From contig NMRA01000162.1 of assembly GCA_002633005.1 (NCBI GenBank), forward strand, positions 37,335-101,334: a stretch of 64,000 nt of DNA, written 5' to 3'. This document shows, piece after piece, positions 1-14,010 of the stretch. Under the pieces are notes generated by a model that did not search any database, was not told where the DNA came from, and saw nothing but the letters and a program-made list of their open reading frames with translations. Both the position numbers and the translations under genes were made by a program. This DNA comes from Phoronis australis. Taxonomy: Eukaryota; Animalia; Phoronida. Every line of letters starts with the position of its first letter. Position 1 is the first letter of the stretch.

Positions 1-129
1 TCATTATTTATGCTACCCTGGCACAGTGGGGTATGACGTCATCAGCGGGTGAAACGACAAAACCTTTTTTAAAAATCTCTTTTAACTAAGTTGGAGTTTT
101 GCGTTTTCTCATTGGGTTCATTTTTGGAC

Positions 130-240
130 TCTTGCGAACGTTAGTTAGTTTGCGTTTGCGAGAAGACAACACGTGTTCTCTCGCGAACGTGACCCCGTTC
201 GCGAGAACAACGCCGGTCCTCTCGCGAACGTGAGTTCATT
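130..240. repeat. Short array of palindromic TCGCGAACGT/GTTCGCGAGAA units, likely non-autonomous transposon interior
   Basis: 'ctctcgcgaacgtga' occurs twice about 42 nt apart, interleaved with inverted 'cgttcgcgagaa' copies. Confidence 0.5.
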
Positions 241-709
241 GGCGGACATCTTGGATCGAGGAAAAACGCTCGGGAGGCGAACATAATTTGTCGCGTATCT
301 TCTCAAATGTTGTAGATTTCACGAAAAAGTGTGAGTAGAGTGGCGCGCGTGATCCATAAGAGTGGGTAATTGTATATTGCGACACTTCATTTTATTTTTT
401 AAGTATTCCTGACAGAATTTGAAATGGGACCAACTTATCCGACTATTACCCAATAGACGATAGTCCTAGCCTACGTTGAAAAAAGTCTCGGTTCTTCAAT
501 TTCCAAAGTCAACATGTCCAAAACGCCAATGCACTTATCACTTTTTCTGTTACAGGGAACAAAAGTCCACACATTAGCAAGAAAATGGTTAGATCACTAC
601 AATTACAAACCTTTACATCTGCCATCGTGTTCTTTCGATCTTTTCCACTCGTGAGACAAATTTTCAAATAGTGAGCCAAGTGTAAAAATGTTTGTAATTT
701 CCAGACTTA

Positions 710-775
710 GCCAATCACAAATAACATTTAAAAACACTTGTGGGCTTCGTTTGTAAGGATTACTTTGATTGGCTA
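710..775. promoter_or_regulatory. Oppositely oriented CCAAT (NF-Y-like) boxes upstream of the fem-1 start codon
   Basis: AGCCAATCA at ~709-717 and TGATTGGCT at ~766-774, 55-120 nt upstream of ATG 829. Motif match only. Confidence 0.4.
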
Positions 776-828
776 TTTGATTATCATCTGTTTACGGTAC
801 CCTCTACCGGAGGTACTCAGAACTATAA

Positions 829-3800
829 ATGATGGCTGAGGGAGGAAGTTTGGACGAGTTGTCTTTAGAATTTTTAGCAAACGAGATATACAAGTGAGTT
901 GAATACCCGTATTGGTATAGAACTGCAGTGTGTGAGTGACTGCGTGCTACTTAGGGGTAACCTAAACTTATTTCAGTCCTTGGAATCAGGGGGTGAACGG
1001 ATTTCATCATGATCATGGCACTGGCAGCTTGATTTCCCGATTTCGATCCTGGAGCCTCGGCTCCACCAGGGACAGGAAGCAACACATTCCATACTGGCGC
1101 CCCTTAAAGCCTCACACGCGCCAAGTGTCTAAAACGCTATGACGGGACTGAATTGCGACCGTGGGTCATTGTAGGGAATCTGGTAGGCGATCTGTTGACA
1201 CTCCAGAGCAGAGGCGATGACGTGACTGTCGGACAGATTCGACGACCACTGTGCCCCCTACTGGTAGTTTTATTTTTTTACGTTTTCCTCTACCATTAGT
1301 TTTCAAAAATCTATTGATAATAACGATACCTTCCCATTTTACACCATCTAGTGGCCATTTTTATGGTTCTGGATTATGATTTTTGACATCTGCCTCTACT
1401 CTATCAGCCAAATCGTTCAAAGGACAGTATGAAAACAGGCCAAAAATTCCCCTCCAGCAAATTAAAAATTTCCCCTCCCTTTTAACTGACAGTGCCTCAA
1501 ATTGGTGGCGAGCTTGGGAAAATAATGCCCTCTCTGTAGACTGTAGGCAACTTTCCCCGCAGCAGGGACCCTGTTTGTGTATAGTGAAAGGCCCGCAATC
1601 TCACCACTCATTCTCGGGCGTTCGATACCATCTCGTCATCTTTTCTTTACATTTATTAGCTCACAACAAGAATTATAATGCATATACATATCATGAAATT
1701 GAGCTGAAACACACCCACACACAGGCCACACTCATATCAGGGATAAATCAATGGTTATTAGACAAATAAAGGGCCATAGGGGTTCATCTATCATTGAATT
1801 TATTTTGTTTACAATGTTTGAATATATATGCTTTTCCAATATAGAATATTCATGAATTTCTTTTTTAAGCAAAGGTAAACAAGGGGTTATTTTTTAAATG
1901 CGTGTTGTGGATGTGTAATTGTGCCATGCAAATCAAGAGATCTATCGACAATTTTTTTCATCTTTTCCAAAAAATATATTCATATTCAGAAGTTAAATTT
2001 AACGCTATTCCTGTTTTATCTAAAATCCAATTTTGAAAGGAATTCCAAAAAGACTGTATAAGATTGGAAGACCAAAACAGATGGATTAAAACTTCTGGCT
2101 CCCTTTTACAAAAAGTACACAAGTTTGAAGACAGAATGCCAGTTTTAAAGAGGAGTTCATTTGTACTAATTTTTCTATGAACAAGTCTAATCTGGAACCA
2201 TTTCAATTTAACATCAATTGTAAAACTAACAGAGCATGTGTATGTCTTTCTCCACCCGTCACTAGCAGAATTAGAATTCAAATTTAACTCCCACTTATGT
2301 TTTAAACCAGGTTGTCAATAGAGGTTTTTAACAAAGAGACTATAAGTCTCTTTAGTTACATATTTCTCTGAAACTAAGGGGGTTAATTGTTTTGGATTTT
2401 GAGGAAGGTGTGCAACATAGTGGTTGTTTGGTGATCAATTGAAAAAAAAAATTAGATTGATTTTCTGAAACCAAGAAAGGAAGTGATAGGTGGACAGAAA
2501 CAGAACAGTGTACAGAATATTTGATTCGACATCACTTTAACCTCAGTATCACGAAGGTAACTAACTAATACCTCTTCTATACCAGTCTTTAAAGAAAACA
2601 TGTTTGTTGCTGACAACAATGTTCGAATTATACGAAAGTGGTTCATATATACCATTTTTATCCTCAGTTGGATGTTAAACAAAACTATTCATAAGCATGA
2701 GTAAATGCTGATTTCCTCAACTTGTTTGTGATGCTTTTTGACAACGTTCATGGAATTTTTCACCAAAATGTCAGAAGTTGCCGGCAGTAAAAGATTTGTT
2801 TTATGTTTCAAAATAATTATCCGTAGTTCATCATCGTTTGTAATTAGTTTCCGTTGCGGTGAAAGCTTTATAGTTGTTTTTAATGGTTGTACTTGAACAA
2901 TACTGAACTACTATTATGTCAGGCAAAATGCATTCCTGTTGTTATGACAAGATATAAGAATGTCTGTATTGAGGTATTCAAACAGCTCTATCATATTGCC
3001 CCTGTAGCTCAGGAGGCGTCTTGGAAATGAAGATAAACAATTATGACCTCAGGATGAAAACGCTTGTGCCATACAAGTTGCAAATTGTATATCTTACAGG
3101 TGCGTGTGTAAGGATGATGCTACCCGAAACAGAGGCCAGTTTCGCAAAGCACGTTCGCTTCTACACAGGCTATCTCTGGCAGATCGACAAAAGATTGTTT
3201 CTTACTCGTTTGAAGGAAAGACACCACTTTTTGTTGCCTGCCGGTACGGTAAAGAATGCATGGCTGCCTTTTTGTTGGATGAATGTAATGCTGACATAGA
3301 GCAAACTGGTAAGCTTTCGACCTCTTGACCTTTGCTGAATGATAACATCCTGTCATTAACATATTCCAAATAAGGGCATTTCATTACCATATTCCAAATA
3401 AGGATATCTAAATGATATAATCCCTTAACATGCTGATTGGACTACTATCTTTTTATGTTTTTGTAGCTTTCAATACTGTTCACTGTTACTTAAGTGCAAG
3501 GAAATGGATGGCCTTTATGTACAGTACAAGATAAAAGTATCATTTGAACAAAGTGTTGTCCCTTTCATGACATCTAGTTCTGTGAACAAGAAAAATGACT
3601 TGAAATGACTTCTATGACTTCTATGGTGGGAAAACCATAGAATGGCTTAATTGCCTTTATGACTTTCCTACTGTTTCCCCTTCATTCACATGGAAATTCT
3701 GGGTCATTTTTTCTGAATAGCTTTGGCTTGTAGAGATATTAAACAAACACTGGGATTGATAGTACTGATCATTGGTGGAAGATCTCTTCTTCAAAAAAAT

Positions 3801-6645
3801 TTCCTTTACAGAAATTAACTTCTGTAAAACATTGACTGCATCTGTCACAGTCACCCTCAGTTCGCCAGTCCATGTCATTTTGTCGGCCCTTCCCTCCTGC
3901 ATCTAAAATAATACATGCAGATGTGAGTTTATGGGGAGTTCGAAATTTGCCAAGTGACTCTCTTGAAATGATGGCTTTCTCCAGAAAAAGCAAACACGCA
4001 ATTCATTTAGTTCATCGCCCTCAATTGCTGCCCAGCTGACTCCTCCATGCTAGCAACCCTTTCTGTTCTCAGTCTAATTAATAAGAAGAGCATCCATTCA
4101 TCATTAGTGCCACCTAGTTTTTTTCTCTGACTCCATTCTAGGTATCTACCAAGTGGAAGAAAATGCTGAGATGACAAGACATGAGGTGTCGCCACTGTGG
4201 TGCGCTGCTGTAGCCAATCAGCTTGCGATCGTCAAGTTGCTACTGGAACGCGGAGCCAATATCAATAGTGTTAGCGATACACAGTCGACTCCTGTGAGAT
4301 CAGCCTGCTATATGACAAATGTTGAGGTTTGTATTTGACCAAGAAAATCTTCTGTATTTATCGATAATCGAATAAATGTTAATTCTAAAATCTGTGTGAA
4401 CGTTTTACGTAGTTTGGCTGAACCCATAGGTTATTTTTTTCTGCTTTAGAATTTTGCTTGAGATTGTCAATGATTATCTCTATTTAATAGTAAAAATAAA
4501 AGTACTAAAATATGGTAAAATATTCCCCACGTTTCGAGCGGTGCGCTTTTTATCAAGGGCATGACACAGACTGCTGAATAGATGGATATAAATAAAATAG
4601 CATAGCACAGGTGACTGCATGTGTATCAGCACGTGGTCTTCTGTGTTATTTTATTTATATCCATCCATTCGGCAGTCTGTGTCATGCCCTTGATGAAGAG
4701 CGTACGGCTCAAAATGTGGAGAATATTTCAATATGTACTGGTACCGACGCTCGTCGTTTTATTTTTATTTTTACTATAATTATTTTACATTCGTAACCAT
4801 CGGTAACTGCATGGTATTCCAGCGTCTATTTTCGTCATTTAGTAAAGCATTGCTGGTGTAAATGTTTGCTTCATTTACTTTTTCCAGAAAGGAAAGTCAA
4901 CGTATTCGCGACTGTTTTTGTTAGTTTTCATTCATGAGATTGGAGTGATCCCTTACTATTTTACAGCAACAATGATTAGTAATTTTGCAGATAACACTTT
5001 GTATTCTGTATTTTATTGTAACAGCTGGGGTCTGCTTGTTTCTTTTCATCTGTGACATAAAATTAGAGGTTTAGCACACAAGTAGTCGTGCATTGTTAGC
5101 CTGAAAGTACTTTGTGTTGGTCTTCTGTGCTACTATAGTTGTTCATGTCGTTTACTCTGCTATCAGGTTGTCAAGTATCTTGTGGAAAAGGGTGCTGACA
5201 TTCATCGGCCCAACATCAATGGGGGAACGTGCCTAATCAACTCGGTGCAGAGTGTGGAACTCTGTGCCTTTCTCATTCAACACGGCTGCGATGTGAATGC
5301 CCGCGACTGCGCTGGCAACTTGGCACTACACTATGCCGTACGTGAGGGACGACTAGCAACTGTTAAACTGCTGATAGAGAATGGGTCAGACGCATCAGCA
5401 TGCAATGACATGGATGAAGATGCCATGCTGGTCGCAGCTCTCCGAGGGTGGAGAGAAGTCTTAGAATATCTCCTTAAAACAATGAATCCGGAGCGTCTAC
5501 GTGTTATTGAGTGTTACGAGCTCCTTGGAGCTCATTATATTGATGAGAAAAATAATTTAATTGACGGGCTTGAATTACTGAAACACGGGTTGCTTTTGCG
5601 AAAGGAGCCACCTGAAATACCAAAGCAGGTGTGCTCAGAACTTAAGGAAGCGTATCTCAATAACATGGAGGCTAATAGTGTGGAGGAATATGATAATCTA
5701 AGTGCGGACATGATAGCCATACAAATGCAGGCTTTGTTAACTAGAGAACGCATACTTGGTGCTGCCCATAAGGAGACTGTCTTTGGTATTGTCTATCGTG
5801 GTGCTGCTCTGGCTGACGTTCAACAAGAGGGGAAGTGCCTGGCACTTTGGCTGTATGCGCTTGAGATTCATATAGCCAAAGGTAATGTCTTAGACTTTGA
5901 GTCCGAGCAGACCATCCTGGCCCTGACCAAAATCTTTTTGGACATTCTTGATAATGAACAGTCTGAGGATCTGCAGCAACAGCAGAGAATCATCCAACTA
6001 CCAATGGTGTTGCGTGTATTTGAGCTGTTGACAGTGAAGGTGAAGAGTGCCCTTGGCTTGGCGTCATTGAGCAACGAACAAACAAAGACTCTAGAGACTC
6101 TCATGAAGCTGGCATTGTATCTCATCGTAGTTTTTCTTGCTGTTGCAAAAACAGAGAGTGAGATCATTGAAGCAAAGAGGAGGCTACACGCGCTTATAAT
6201 GCTGAACCCAAGAGGTGAGAATGGCCGCACGCTGCTCCATCTCGCCATGCTGATTTCATCGTCTCACATCTCAGATGAGTTCTTCTCCTACTTTCCTAAC
6301 AGACACATGCTGGACTGGCTTTTGGACTGTGGCGCTGATGTGAATGCATTGGACGATGCCAAAAACACTGCGTTCATGCTGTTGCTATCTGACAGACCAT
6401 ATCCTCTGAGTACGTACTTCATAGCCGACTTCATTCAGAAATTTCTAAATGCTGATGTTCACGTGGACGTGCGGAACAATGCCGGACTCACGGCAGGCGA
6501 CATTATTACACAAGGCGGCGCTCATGTGGTGCTGAACAACCGTCTGAGTCTCAAGTGTTGGGCGGCGCAGGCGATACGCCGGCATGGTATCAAATATGAT
6601 ACTGAGATTCCTAAGTCTCTTGTACCGTTTGTGGACGTACATTAA
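829..6645 (+). CDS. fem-1: fem-1 family ankyrin-repeat protein (CUL2 E3 substrate-receptor type), 4 coding exons, ~645 aa
   Basis: Exons 829-893, 3100-3308, 4142-4326, 5167-6645 join in frame over GT-AG introns (phases 2,1,0). N-terminal ankyrin repeats (GKTPLFVAC, VSPLWCAA, GGTCLINSV, GNLALHYA), fem-1 motif QALLTRERILGAAH..YRGA, later ankyrins (GRTLLHLA, GADVNALD) and a VHL-box-like end SLKCWAAQAI..IPKSLVPFVDVH. Subfamily (A/B/C) not assignable by eye. Confidence 0.92.
1650..2420 (-). mobile_element. 5'-truncated L1/Tx1-like LINE, ORF2 C-terminal zinc-knuckle (zf-RVT) remnant in fem-1 intron 1
   Basis: ORF 1958-2281 reads KLKWFQIRLVHRKISTNELLFKTGILSSNLCTFCKREPEVLIHLFW..IQSFW, the typical post-RT CxxC..H.F.(C) region; frameshifts and stops on both sides. 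Boundaries approximate. Confidence 0.8.
3352..3403. repeat. ~28-bp tandem duplication
   Basis: tcatta(a/c)catattccaaataagg occurs twice in tandem. Confidence 0.7.
4488..4776. mobile_element. Inverted-repeat remnant of a Penelope-like pLTR with two degenerate hammerhead motifs (fem-1 intron 3)
   Basis: Arms ~4517-4595 and ~4637-4728 are reverse complements. Minus arm: CCC-TTGATAA-aaagcgcaccgctc-GAAACGT-gggg. Plus arm: CCC-TTGATGA-agagcgtacggctc-AAAATGT-ggag. Confidence 0.7.
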
Positions 6646-9600
6646 AAATCGGAAGGGATGAGGTGGAGTATTGGTGAATCCATAGAGTTAATATTGGAGT
6701 TCCCCTTGCTTTGGGCAAATCCAGGAAGTTGTTAGTGTACAAACTACATTATGATCGATAAATATTATAGTTCACCCAGCTGGGTATGGGCTGTATCATT
6801 GAATTAAGGTGATGGAAGTACCTGCGCCCAAATTGCAGGTAGTGGAAACCAGTGTTTTTCCTGAATGTGCCTAGATTCTTGGCATGATTCTGTGTTTTAA
6901 CTAGCGTCCCAAAATCGTTGACAAATAAGAGTGATTTTTCTTCTTCCGCGGTATTGAAGAGATCAGACTCAGGTGTTGAGGTTCAGTTTTATGGCCTCTC
7001 GGCAGTGCAGATTAACTTCTAGATTCATGTCGCCGAGAAGCACTAGCGTATCCATTGCTAAATGTTTGGTTGTGTTAATGCCCACTGCACCTATGGTGCC
7101 AGGCCACTGGTCAACAAACCAGATGACATAATAAATAATTTCACAAAGATATATACCTTTTCTTTAAGTGGCTATAAACTTATGTTCCATCCAAGAAAGG
7201 AATAGCTTAGACTGCTTAACTGTATGAAATTGGTCTCGGCCTTTTCCTTACTTTAGGCAGGAAGTGATTTTGTGCTGTCAGAAAAATTGACAGTTTTTTA
7301 TTCCTTGCATGGAATGATATGCTGTGACAAGCCAACAGGTGGAGCCTGATGTCGAGCAAGAATGAACTCTTTGGTCTTTCAAAGCCCTGAAATCACCTCC
7401 AGTTTGACTAAAGAACAATTTGAGGCCAATTTAAAGGTACATGCAAGACGTCTAAACCAAAATTTTTGTTATGGAAGTGTAAGTTTGTAGTCACTTCAAA
7501 AGTGTTATAAAGCTGCTCTTGTGTCTGTTTCATTAAAAGTGAATTAGACTGAAGTCAGAAATTTGGCCTTGCGTTCCACACAATTACTTCTGAAAATTAA
7601 TTAAATCTCACTTGAGCAAAAAGTGTAACATCTCCAAGAATACATTCTGGTACGAACAGCTAGTTAATGTGATAATTATTACAAATTATCTCTGGAGTGC
7701 AACACGTTGGTAATTACTTGGCTTAAACCTTTTCCAACAATCAGGAAGTGGGAGTGCAAGACTGAAATTTTATCTCAAATCATGAATCGCTATTCATGAA
7801 GCACATCCCAGACCTGATTAAATTCGGGCTCAGGTCATGGGCGGCGCACCATAGGGGGCTGGGGGGCTATAACCCCCCACTTTTTTCAGTTCTATGCCGC
7901 ACATGGTCTATAGACGGTGCCCCCAACGCAGGTAAGACTGAATTAAAAAATTTGGACTAATTGCTTTGTAAACACCGAGTTGGTTTTCCGTCTTGTCTTC
8001 AAACAAAGTTTTTTCAGTTTTCACCACCGTTGGCCATGTACCAACTACGCTTTCGTCACCTGTTGTGATGTACGAAATCTAGTTTCAAGAATTTGTGGTT
8101 TTTAAACTGATTTTAATGAGCACAAGTACAAAATAATGCAGTTTCATTTACTTTATACTGTCATGGCTGGAAATATATCTTTAGATGTGCTGCTAAGTTG
8201 CACTGCATTGTCTCGATGGTGCTCTGCCATTTTCGGAATCAAAAGCAGACGAGCTTGAAACTGACACAAAAAATACCATCTTTAGCCCACTCCGTAGCAG
8301 CCGGTTTAATTTCGGTTTCAACTAAGACGGATTTCTGTCATGGGGCTAAGACAGATTGGTTTTAAGTTACCCAGGTTCTGACTTCCGTCAAAGTTCACAC
8401 GGAAAAAAGTTACATGAAACACCCATTTTATAACACTGATCAGCGATGTTTTAACTGCGTCCCAGGATCATTGGAAAACATCTTTCTGCTTTCAGTAGCA
8501 ACGAATGTTTGTGGGACAGATGGAAAATGATCCTAGAGTTTACATTTTCCAGCCTGGCTAGAATTGATAGCAGTTGATGGATATGTCAGAACTATCCATT
8601 AGAAATATGTGGGAAGATAAACTGCTTTAGACATACATATTTATTAACTATTCATTATGAAATTGGACAAATAAATACAAATTTATACAGTCATATAACA
8701 ACAGCTATGGAACCAATTTTTTAGAATATTCCATCGAATATTTCAACATGCACATCAATGGCAACTTGATCAATAGATATGTTCTTAATAAGAAATTGAA
8801 GATAATTTGAAGTACTTCACAAAGAAATCGCAACTTTACAACATTAAGAAACCAATGCGGTCATCTAGACAATAATGAACTTGAAGAATCGTGGGAAGGT
8901 AATTTGGCAGTTGGGATATTGCCTCGTCCTGTGAGATTTTGGAGAATTATCTGGGGGGTAGACATAACACTTTGACAAAGAAATGGTGCAAGGGCATGCT
9001 ACATTCACTCTGAAAACGGGTCAGAATATTGCCAAAAGGGATCTATACACTGTGACTACCTGATCATATTACACCATTCCAAGATAAACCTTAGCCTAAA
9101 TAGAATTGTATTAATATGTAAGTCAAGGATGAGTCCTGAAAACCCAGTTGACATCATTTTCTTCCCAATAAGTGCTAATATCCTCGACAGACAAAGTGCC
9201 CTGGCTATTTTCTCAAGTACAATATGTAGTTCAAAGCCAAACTTCGTGAAAACTTGTCATTTTTATGTTATATGGCACGAATGACATTGACAATGTGTAT
9301 TAGTGTCATTTTAAACCAATTCTTGCAGTAAAAAGGCAACAGTCAATAGATTAAAATGCTCCACATTTATCAGCGAACAATCAGAAATTACATTCTGCTT
9401 TTTAATAAATTAATAAAAAGTGTCATCGCAATGGAAATCATCAACATAACAGACGACAGGTTTTGACAAACAAATGAGACGGGGCACCCTCTTGATCCTC
9501 CGATTAGTTTATAATATTGCAGATGGGACACTAGTTGTACAGGAACGAACTGCTAAATGGTGAGTGAAAAGTCCTTCCTTAGGTTTTACTGTTGGCTATG

Positions 9601-9946
9601 ACTGAGGTTAGGGTAAACTACTTGCCAGGAACTAGACTTGTCAATTTTTAAAAAACAATACCCAGGTTGTCATTAGCTAGTGAGGACATACAAAGTGTAG
9701 ACATTTCACCCCTTGTTCCTGGTAGAACAATACCAAGGGAAATATTTATATCCACGCATTCCACATCCAGAGCAACTGTTGCTTAATTTGGAAAAAAATC
9801 TTCACCAGTTACAGGTCAACATTACAAAAACGTCAAACGTCATAGAATTGCACCATTCAATGATGAACACTGGATCTCAGCAAACAATAGGAACTTCAGG
9901 TAGCAGAGCAACTGACTTACACCAGGCTGAAAATATAACACTAAAA

Positions 9947-12900
9947 TCAATCATACAGTGGACTGTCCAGTTCTTTAGGGGATTTCTCCACAGGTGGAGA
10001 GTAAATTGGACGTCCAGCCTTGTCCACAAGTCCCAAAACTCTGGCTGGCAGCTCCGCGTGGATCTCCAAATCGTCTTCTGGCCTTTCAGCAAGCACCCAC
10101 GTGTCTTTGTCACACGCCGTTTCAGCCCGACAAACGGGACACGTAGAATGGGAAACATTCCTGTAATAAAACCAGACCAATTGTTATTGTACTTCAAAGG
10201 ATGCCCATAGATTTCATCTATTCAAAAAGCGTTTGTCCCAATTCTCCACTCATTTCAAACAAAATAATTGCCAAAATTTCATTTTCCACTCTGCAGTAAA
10301 CTTTAACTAAATGTTTTGGGACACCTACACAGTGCAGTTAAAACCATACCATTAATAGAATAAAATGTTCTTGATTTTTACTTTACGGAGAAAATTGACA
10401 CTCCTTTATCATATCGTCTGCTAAATAAATAAATTACACAGATTTAGCGTAATCATTTGGGACTTCAGCCTCCGTATCAACTTCATCACAATATTCAAGA
10501 GACAAGAAAGCAGACTTGATCATCCAACATAAACTTGGACAGACAACTGGGAGGACCAAGCCTCTGATTGAAATGATGGGCTCAAAAGATGTGAAGGATG
10601 AGAAGTGGAGAGGAGGGGATTGTGAAAGCAGCTCCATTATTGGATGTGTTGGAAGCCATTAAAACTCATGAACATCAACTTGGCATAGTTAGCAATACCA
10701 CATTTTCATGAACCAAATTTACTTTCCCATAAAACTTCAATTTTATAGTTTTCCCTTGGTGCTGTAACAGCAAAGTCAATAAAATTTAAGTGTTTGACAA
10801 TGACTATAGTAACACGATCTGACAATACAAATTAAAAAATGGTTCATCCTTCCCATACACAACCCTGTAATTCCCATTTCTTGCTAGATCTTTACATCCT
10901 TCCCTTCAGAGGCTCCACCAGATTTGTCAGTTAGAAGCTACATAACATTTAGACATACATACACAGCTGATGTTTGTGTACCGCAACACTACAAGTACAA
11001 AATGAAGGTGCGCCCCAACCTTAAATACTGACCACTCGTGTATACATTTTTCACAGTAACTGTGTGTACAAGGAAGTATATGGTCTGCTTTGCGGTCCAT
11101 GCAGATACAACACTCGTCTATTGACGGCTTTTCCAAGTCCTCGAAGTTGTCTACCCTGAAGAAATAGAAAGAAACGTGAAATATCAGTCAGTCTTCATAA
11201 CCAGCAAAACATCTCTTTCGTTGAAAATAGAAGAGACTATGGCATAGCAAACACAACACGGTAAATGCTTCATTAATTTTGTGTTGAAGCTGCTACAAAT
11301 TTGTTTTGTCTCAAACATTTTGCTTGGGGATTATTTTCTTACTCATTATAATTACGCTCCTATCAAAGATTTTGGATTAAATATCTAGTTTTATTTAAGG
11401 ACTTACAACTCATAATAAAAAGTCATTAAATTTGATCTACAATCATCAAGGTCATTAGTCACCACTACCCTACATGGCATTTTATGAAACTGTCAATTCA
11501 CTATAACACCAGAGAGTGAGCACTCCAATTTTGAATATCGTAGGGACATATACAGTTGGAAAAAAGTCTGGGAGTTTTAACATTAAGCAACTGCTGTTGA
11601 TCGAGAGAAAAACAGACAAAGTCTCAACCTGGTGAGTATTTGAGATGCTGTCATGGCTGACTCTGTCTTGACACATGTCTGGGCTTGGTGTAATATCTCG
11701 TTGTAAAGTCGGATAAACTGGCGCAGATTAAGGATCCTCGATGATTCTATGGCATCTGAATCGACCTGCATCTACGAAATGAACACAAGAGTGTGGTAAA
11801 TACCGAAAACCATAGACTGAATAAAATATAGACAAGTTGTTAAGAATGAAACCTTTTGTTGTATTTTCCAATAATAAATGAATAAATGGCAGCAACTCCT
11901 TCTTAACAGAAAATTTCCAAAATATACGACAGTGTCTGTTTATTATGTGGACACTCGCTCAAACACACAGAATGTAAAATGATGCAAGGTTCAAATCCCA
12001 CAAAGAATATAAAAACGTGTTAATAGTAAATAAAAAAGGATACCATATGTCTAGAAATGTTGGTGAAAATTTAACAAATAAAAGACAATTTTCATTGTTA
12101 TTGATCACTAAACATTAAACCACACTGTATTGGGCATTTAGTAAAGATTTTATTTCCAGAATGGTCTACGCTGTCTTATCTAAAAAGTTAAGACTTCAAC
12201 ATTTCTCAAAACGTCCGTAGATCCTGCTGCTTGGTTCTAAACAAGACAGTGTCCTGCCCATCAATAAACCCACCTTGACACACCTAACCCTAACTGTGGC
12301 CTTCCACAGCATGGAGTTGTCAGTCCCACTTTTCACACAGAACACCAACTTGTTGCCTCCATAGCTGGCAAACTCCTCTGTTCTGCAACAGTGAATGGTG
12401 TAATCTTGTGTAAATGTACATGTATCCAATGGGTACACAATACATGCTTCACTGCACCAACTACGCCCATCAGGTTTCGTGATACTTGTGCTCACTGCAA
12501 GGCCTCACACAACACCTTTGTTATTTTTTAGTACCTTCAACATTCGAAATTCTTTGTATTAAAGTAAAACATTGTCGGCAGCAGATGATGAGAACAATTC
12601 TCCATGAAAACATTGCAATAATAAGTTTTTATTTTAATTTTTTCTCAAGAGAATAAGTTGACAATACGATACACAGCCAGGCCATAATCAATTAATCTAC
12701 CTACGGCAAAGTCGCGCAATTTTCGAATGGCCTGACATTTTGGGACAAGAACAAATATTTCCAAAATTAGTTTTCCGTAGTCCACGAAATTCGTACAAGG
12801 TCCAAAAACTGTCTTGTCCCGCGATATTCAACCAAGAATGAATTTGTTCTATTGGAATTAATTTTGAGTGTCCGAAAATCGCGTGACTTTACCCCTGCCT

Positions 12901-13612
12901 AATTAAAGACGAGATGGCACTAAATTGATTGCGTGGATGTTACAACGCTGTACAGTACACACGTACCGAGAAGTTAAAGGAAAATGGGGTCATAATTCCT
13001 ACATGACGACAGCGGAATACAAACACATTTCCCTATCATGATAACAAAAAGCAAGAAAGTGTAACTTGCTGTCCTGGAATAACGAGACGACGATAAATCC
13101 TTTACGAGCCATAATAATAATTGAACTGGCTGGCTTCCTTAACGCAAACGAAAGGAAGTCTTTCAACTATCTCCATTACAGTTAACTTACGGTCAAGTCA
13201 AAAGATGCAAAAAAAGTCAAGTGCCTTGCAGGGCTGAGATAATCAACGAACCTTATTTTTGTTAAAAATGACATGAAAAAAGGTTGCCTTCACCTTTAAG
13301 GACCTAACGACATTACTGCAGCAGTCAGGGATTGAGGTCGTGACCTTTCGAGTACAAGTCCATCACACCACCCACAGAGTTATATAAGTCTGACATATGT
13401 ATTGACAACATTAATGTGAAATTACCAGATATGAAAGGATGGCTTCACATTTCCAATACTTACATTTCATTGAGCTCTGTTAGACATTCCAAGAATTTTT
13501 TGTGTGTCAACGTTGCCAATTGAGCTGCTGAGAGGGCATGGTGCTCCAACTTATCAATCAACCAGCTGACTCTGGCAGGGGCCACTGAATGAATTGTGTG
13601 GCCCTGGCCCAT
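9947..13612 (-). CDS. RNF141: RING finger protein 141-like, 5 coding exons, ~245 aa
   Basis: Exons 13464-13612, 12274-12382, 11629-11771, 11033-11155, 9947-10160 join in frame. MGQ start (myristoylation-type), '[25 protein letters not shown]', '[13 protein letters not shown]', and C3HC4 RING '[30 protein letters not shown]' followed by 'WVL'. A splice acceptor just before the ATG implies an upstream non-coding exon. Confidence 0.93.
12704..12893. mobile_element. MITE with ~23-bp imperfect terminal inverted repeats
   Basis: ggcaaagtcgcgcaattttcgaa ... tccgaaaatcgcgtgactttacc. Confidence 0.65.
13320..13383 (-). mobile_element. Degenerate tRNA-derived SINE head
   Basis: Minus strand taactctgtgggtggtgtgatggacttgtactcgaaaggtcacgacctcaatccc resembles an A-box...B-box tRNA layout but does not fold into a full cloverleaf. 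Confidence 0.4.
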
Positions 13613-13874
13613 GGATTCCTAAAGTAAACAAATAAAAAATTCAAACTGAATAAGTTGCAAACATAAGTGCCAGGATTACTCAACCCANATCACATGAAAT
13701 GTTTTTTAAAACTGTCTTACATAACGGTAATGCTGGTATATAAAGCTGCCTTCAATAAAACACTCTTTTGGCTTAGGGCACTTACTGTTATCAGGTTAAA
13801 GATTTCCAGGCTTGTGAACAACAGACAGTTCAGTAATAATTGAAATAATACTAAAAAACAGGGTACTAGGTTCA

Positions 13875-14010
13875 ACCCCATGCATTGTGCATTTGCGACA
13901 AATTCCTGTGGACTTTTTTCTCGTTTCCTCGCACTTTTTGTTTCTCGGCTAAAAAGGATCTTTTTGCCCACTTGGTCAAATGGGGGGGGGCCCATTTTGA
14001 GCCCCCCCCC
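13875..14010 (-). repeat. Dispersed repeat family 1, copy 1 (related to 22550-22735 and 24660-24840)
   Basis: Shared core gagaaacaaaaagt(g/c)cgag.aaac.aga.aaaagtcc...tgcacaat in all three copies; this copy is inverted. Confidence 0.7.

Noticed and set aside
5535-6642. Minus-strand ORFs 5535-5753, 5868-6248, 6445-6642
   Set aside because: Antisense shadows of the long fem-1 exon.
9713-10210. 165-aa plus-strand ORF and 106-aa minus ORF 9877-10197
   Set aside because: Antisense or alternative-frame shadows of the last RNF141 exon; no recognisable motifs.
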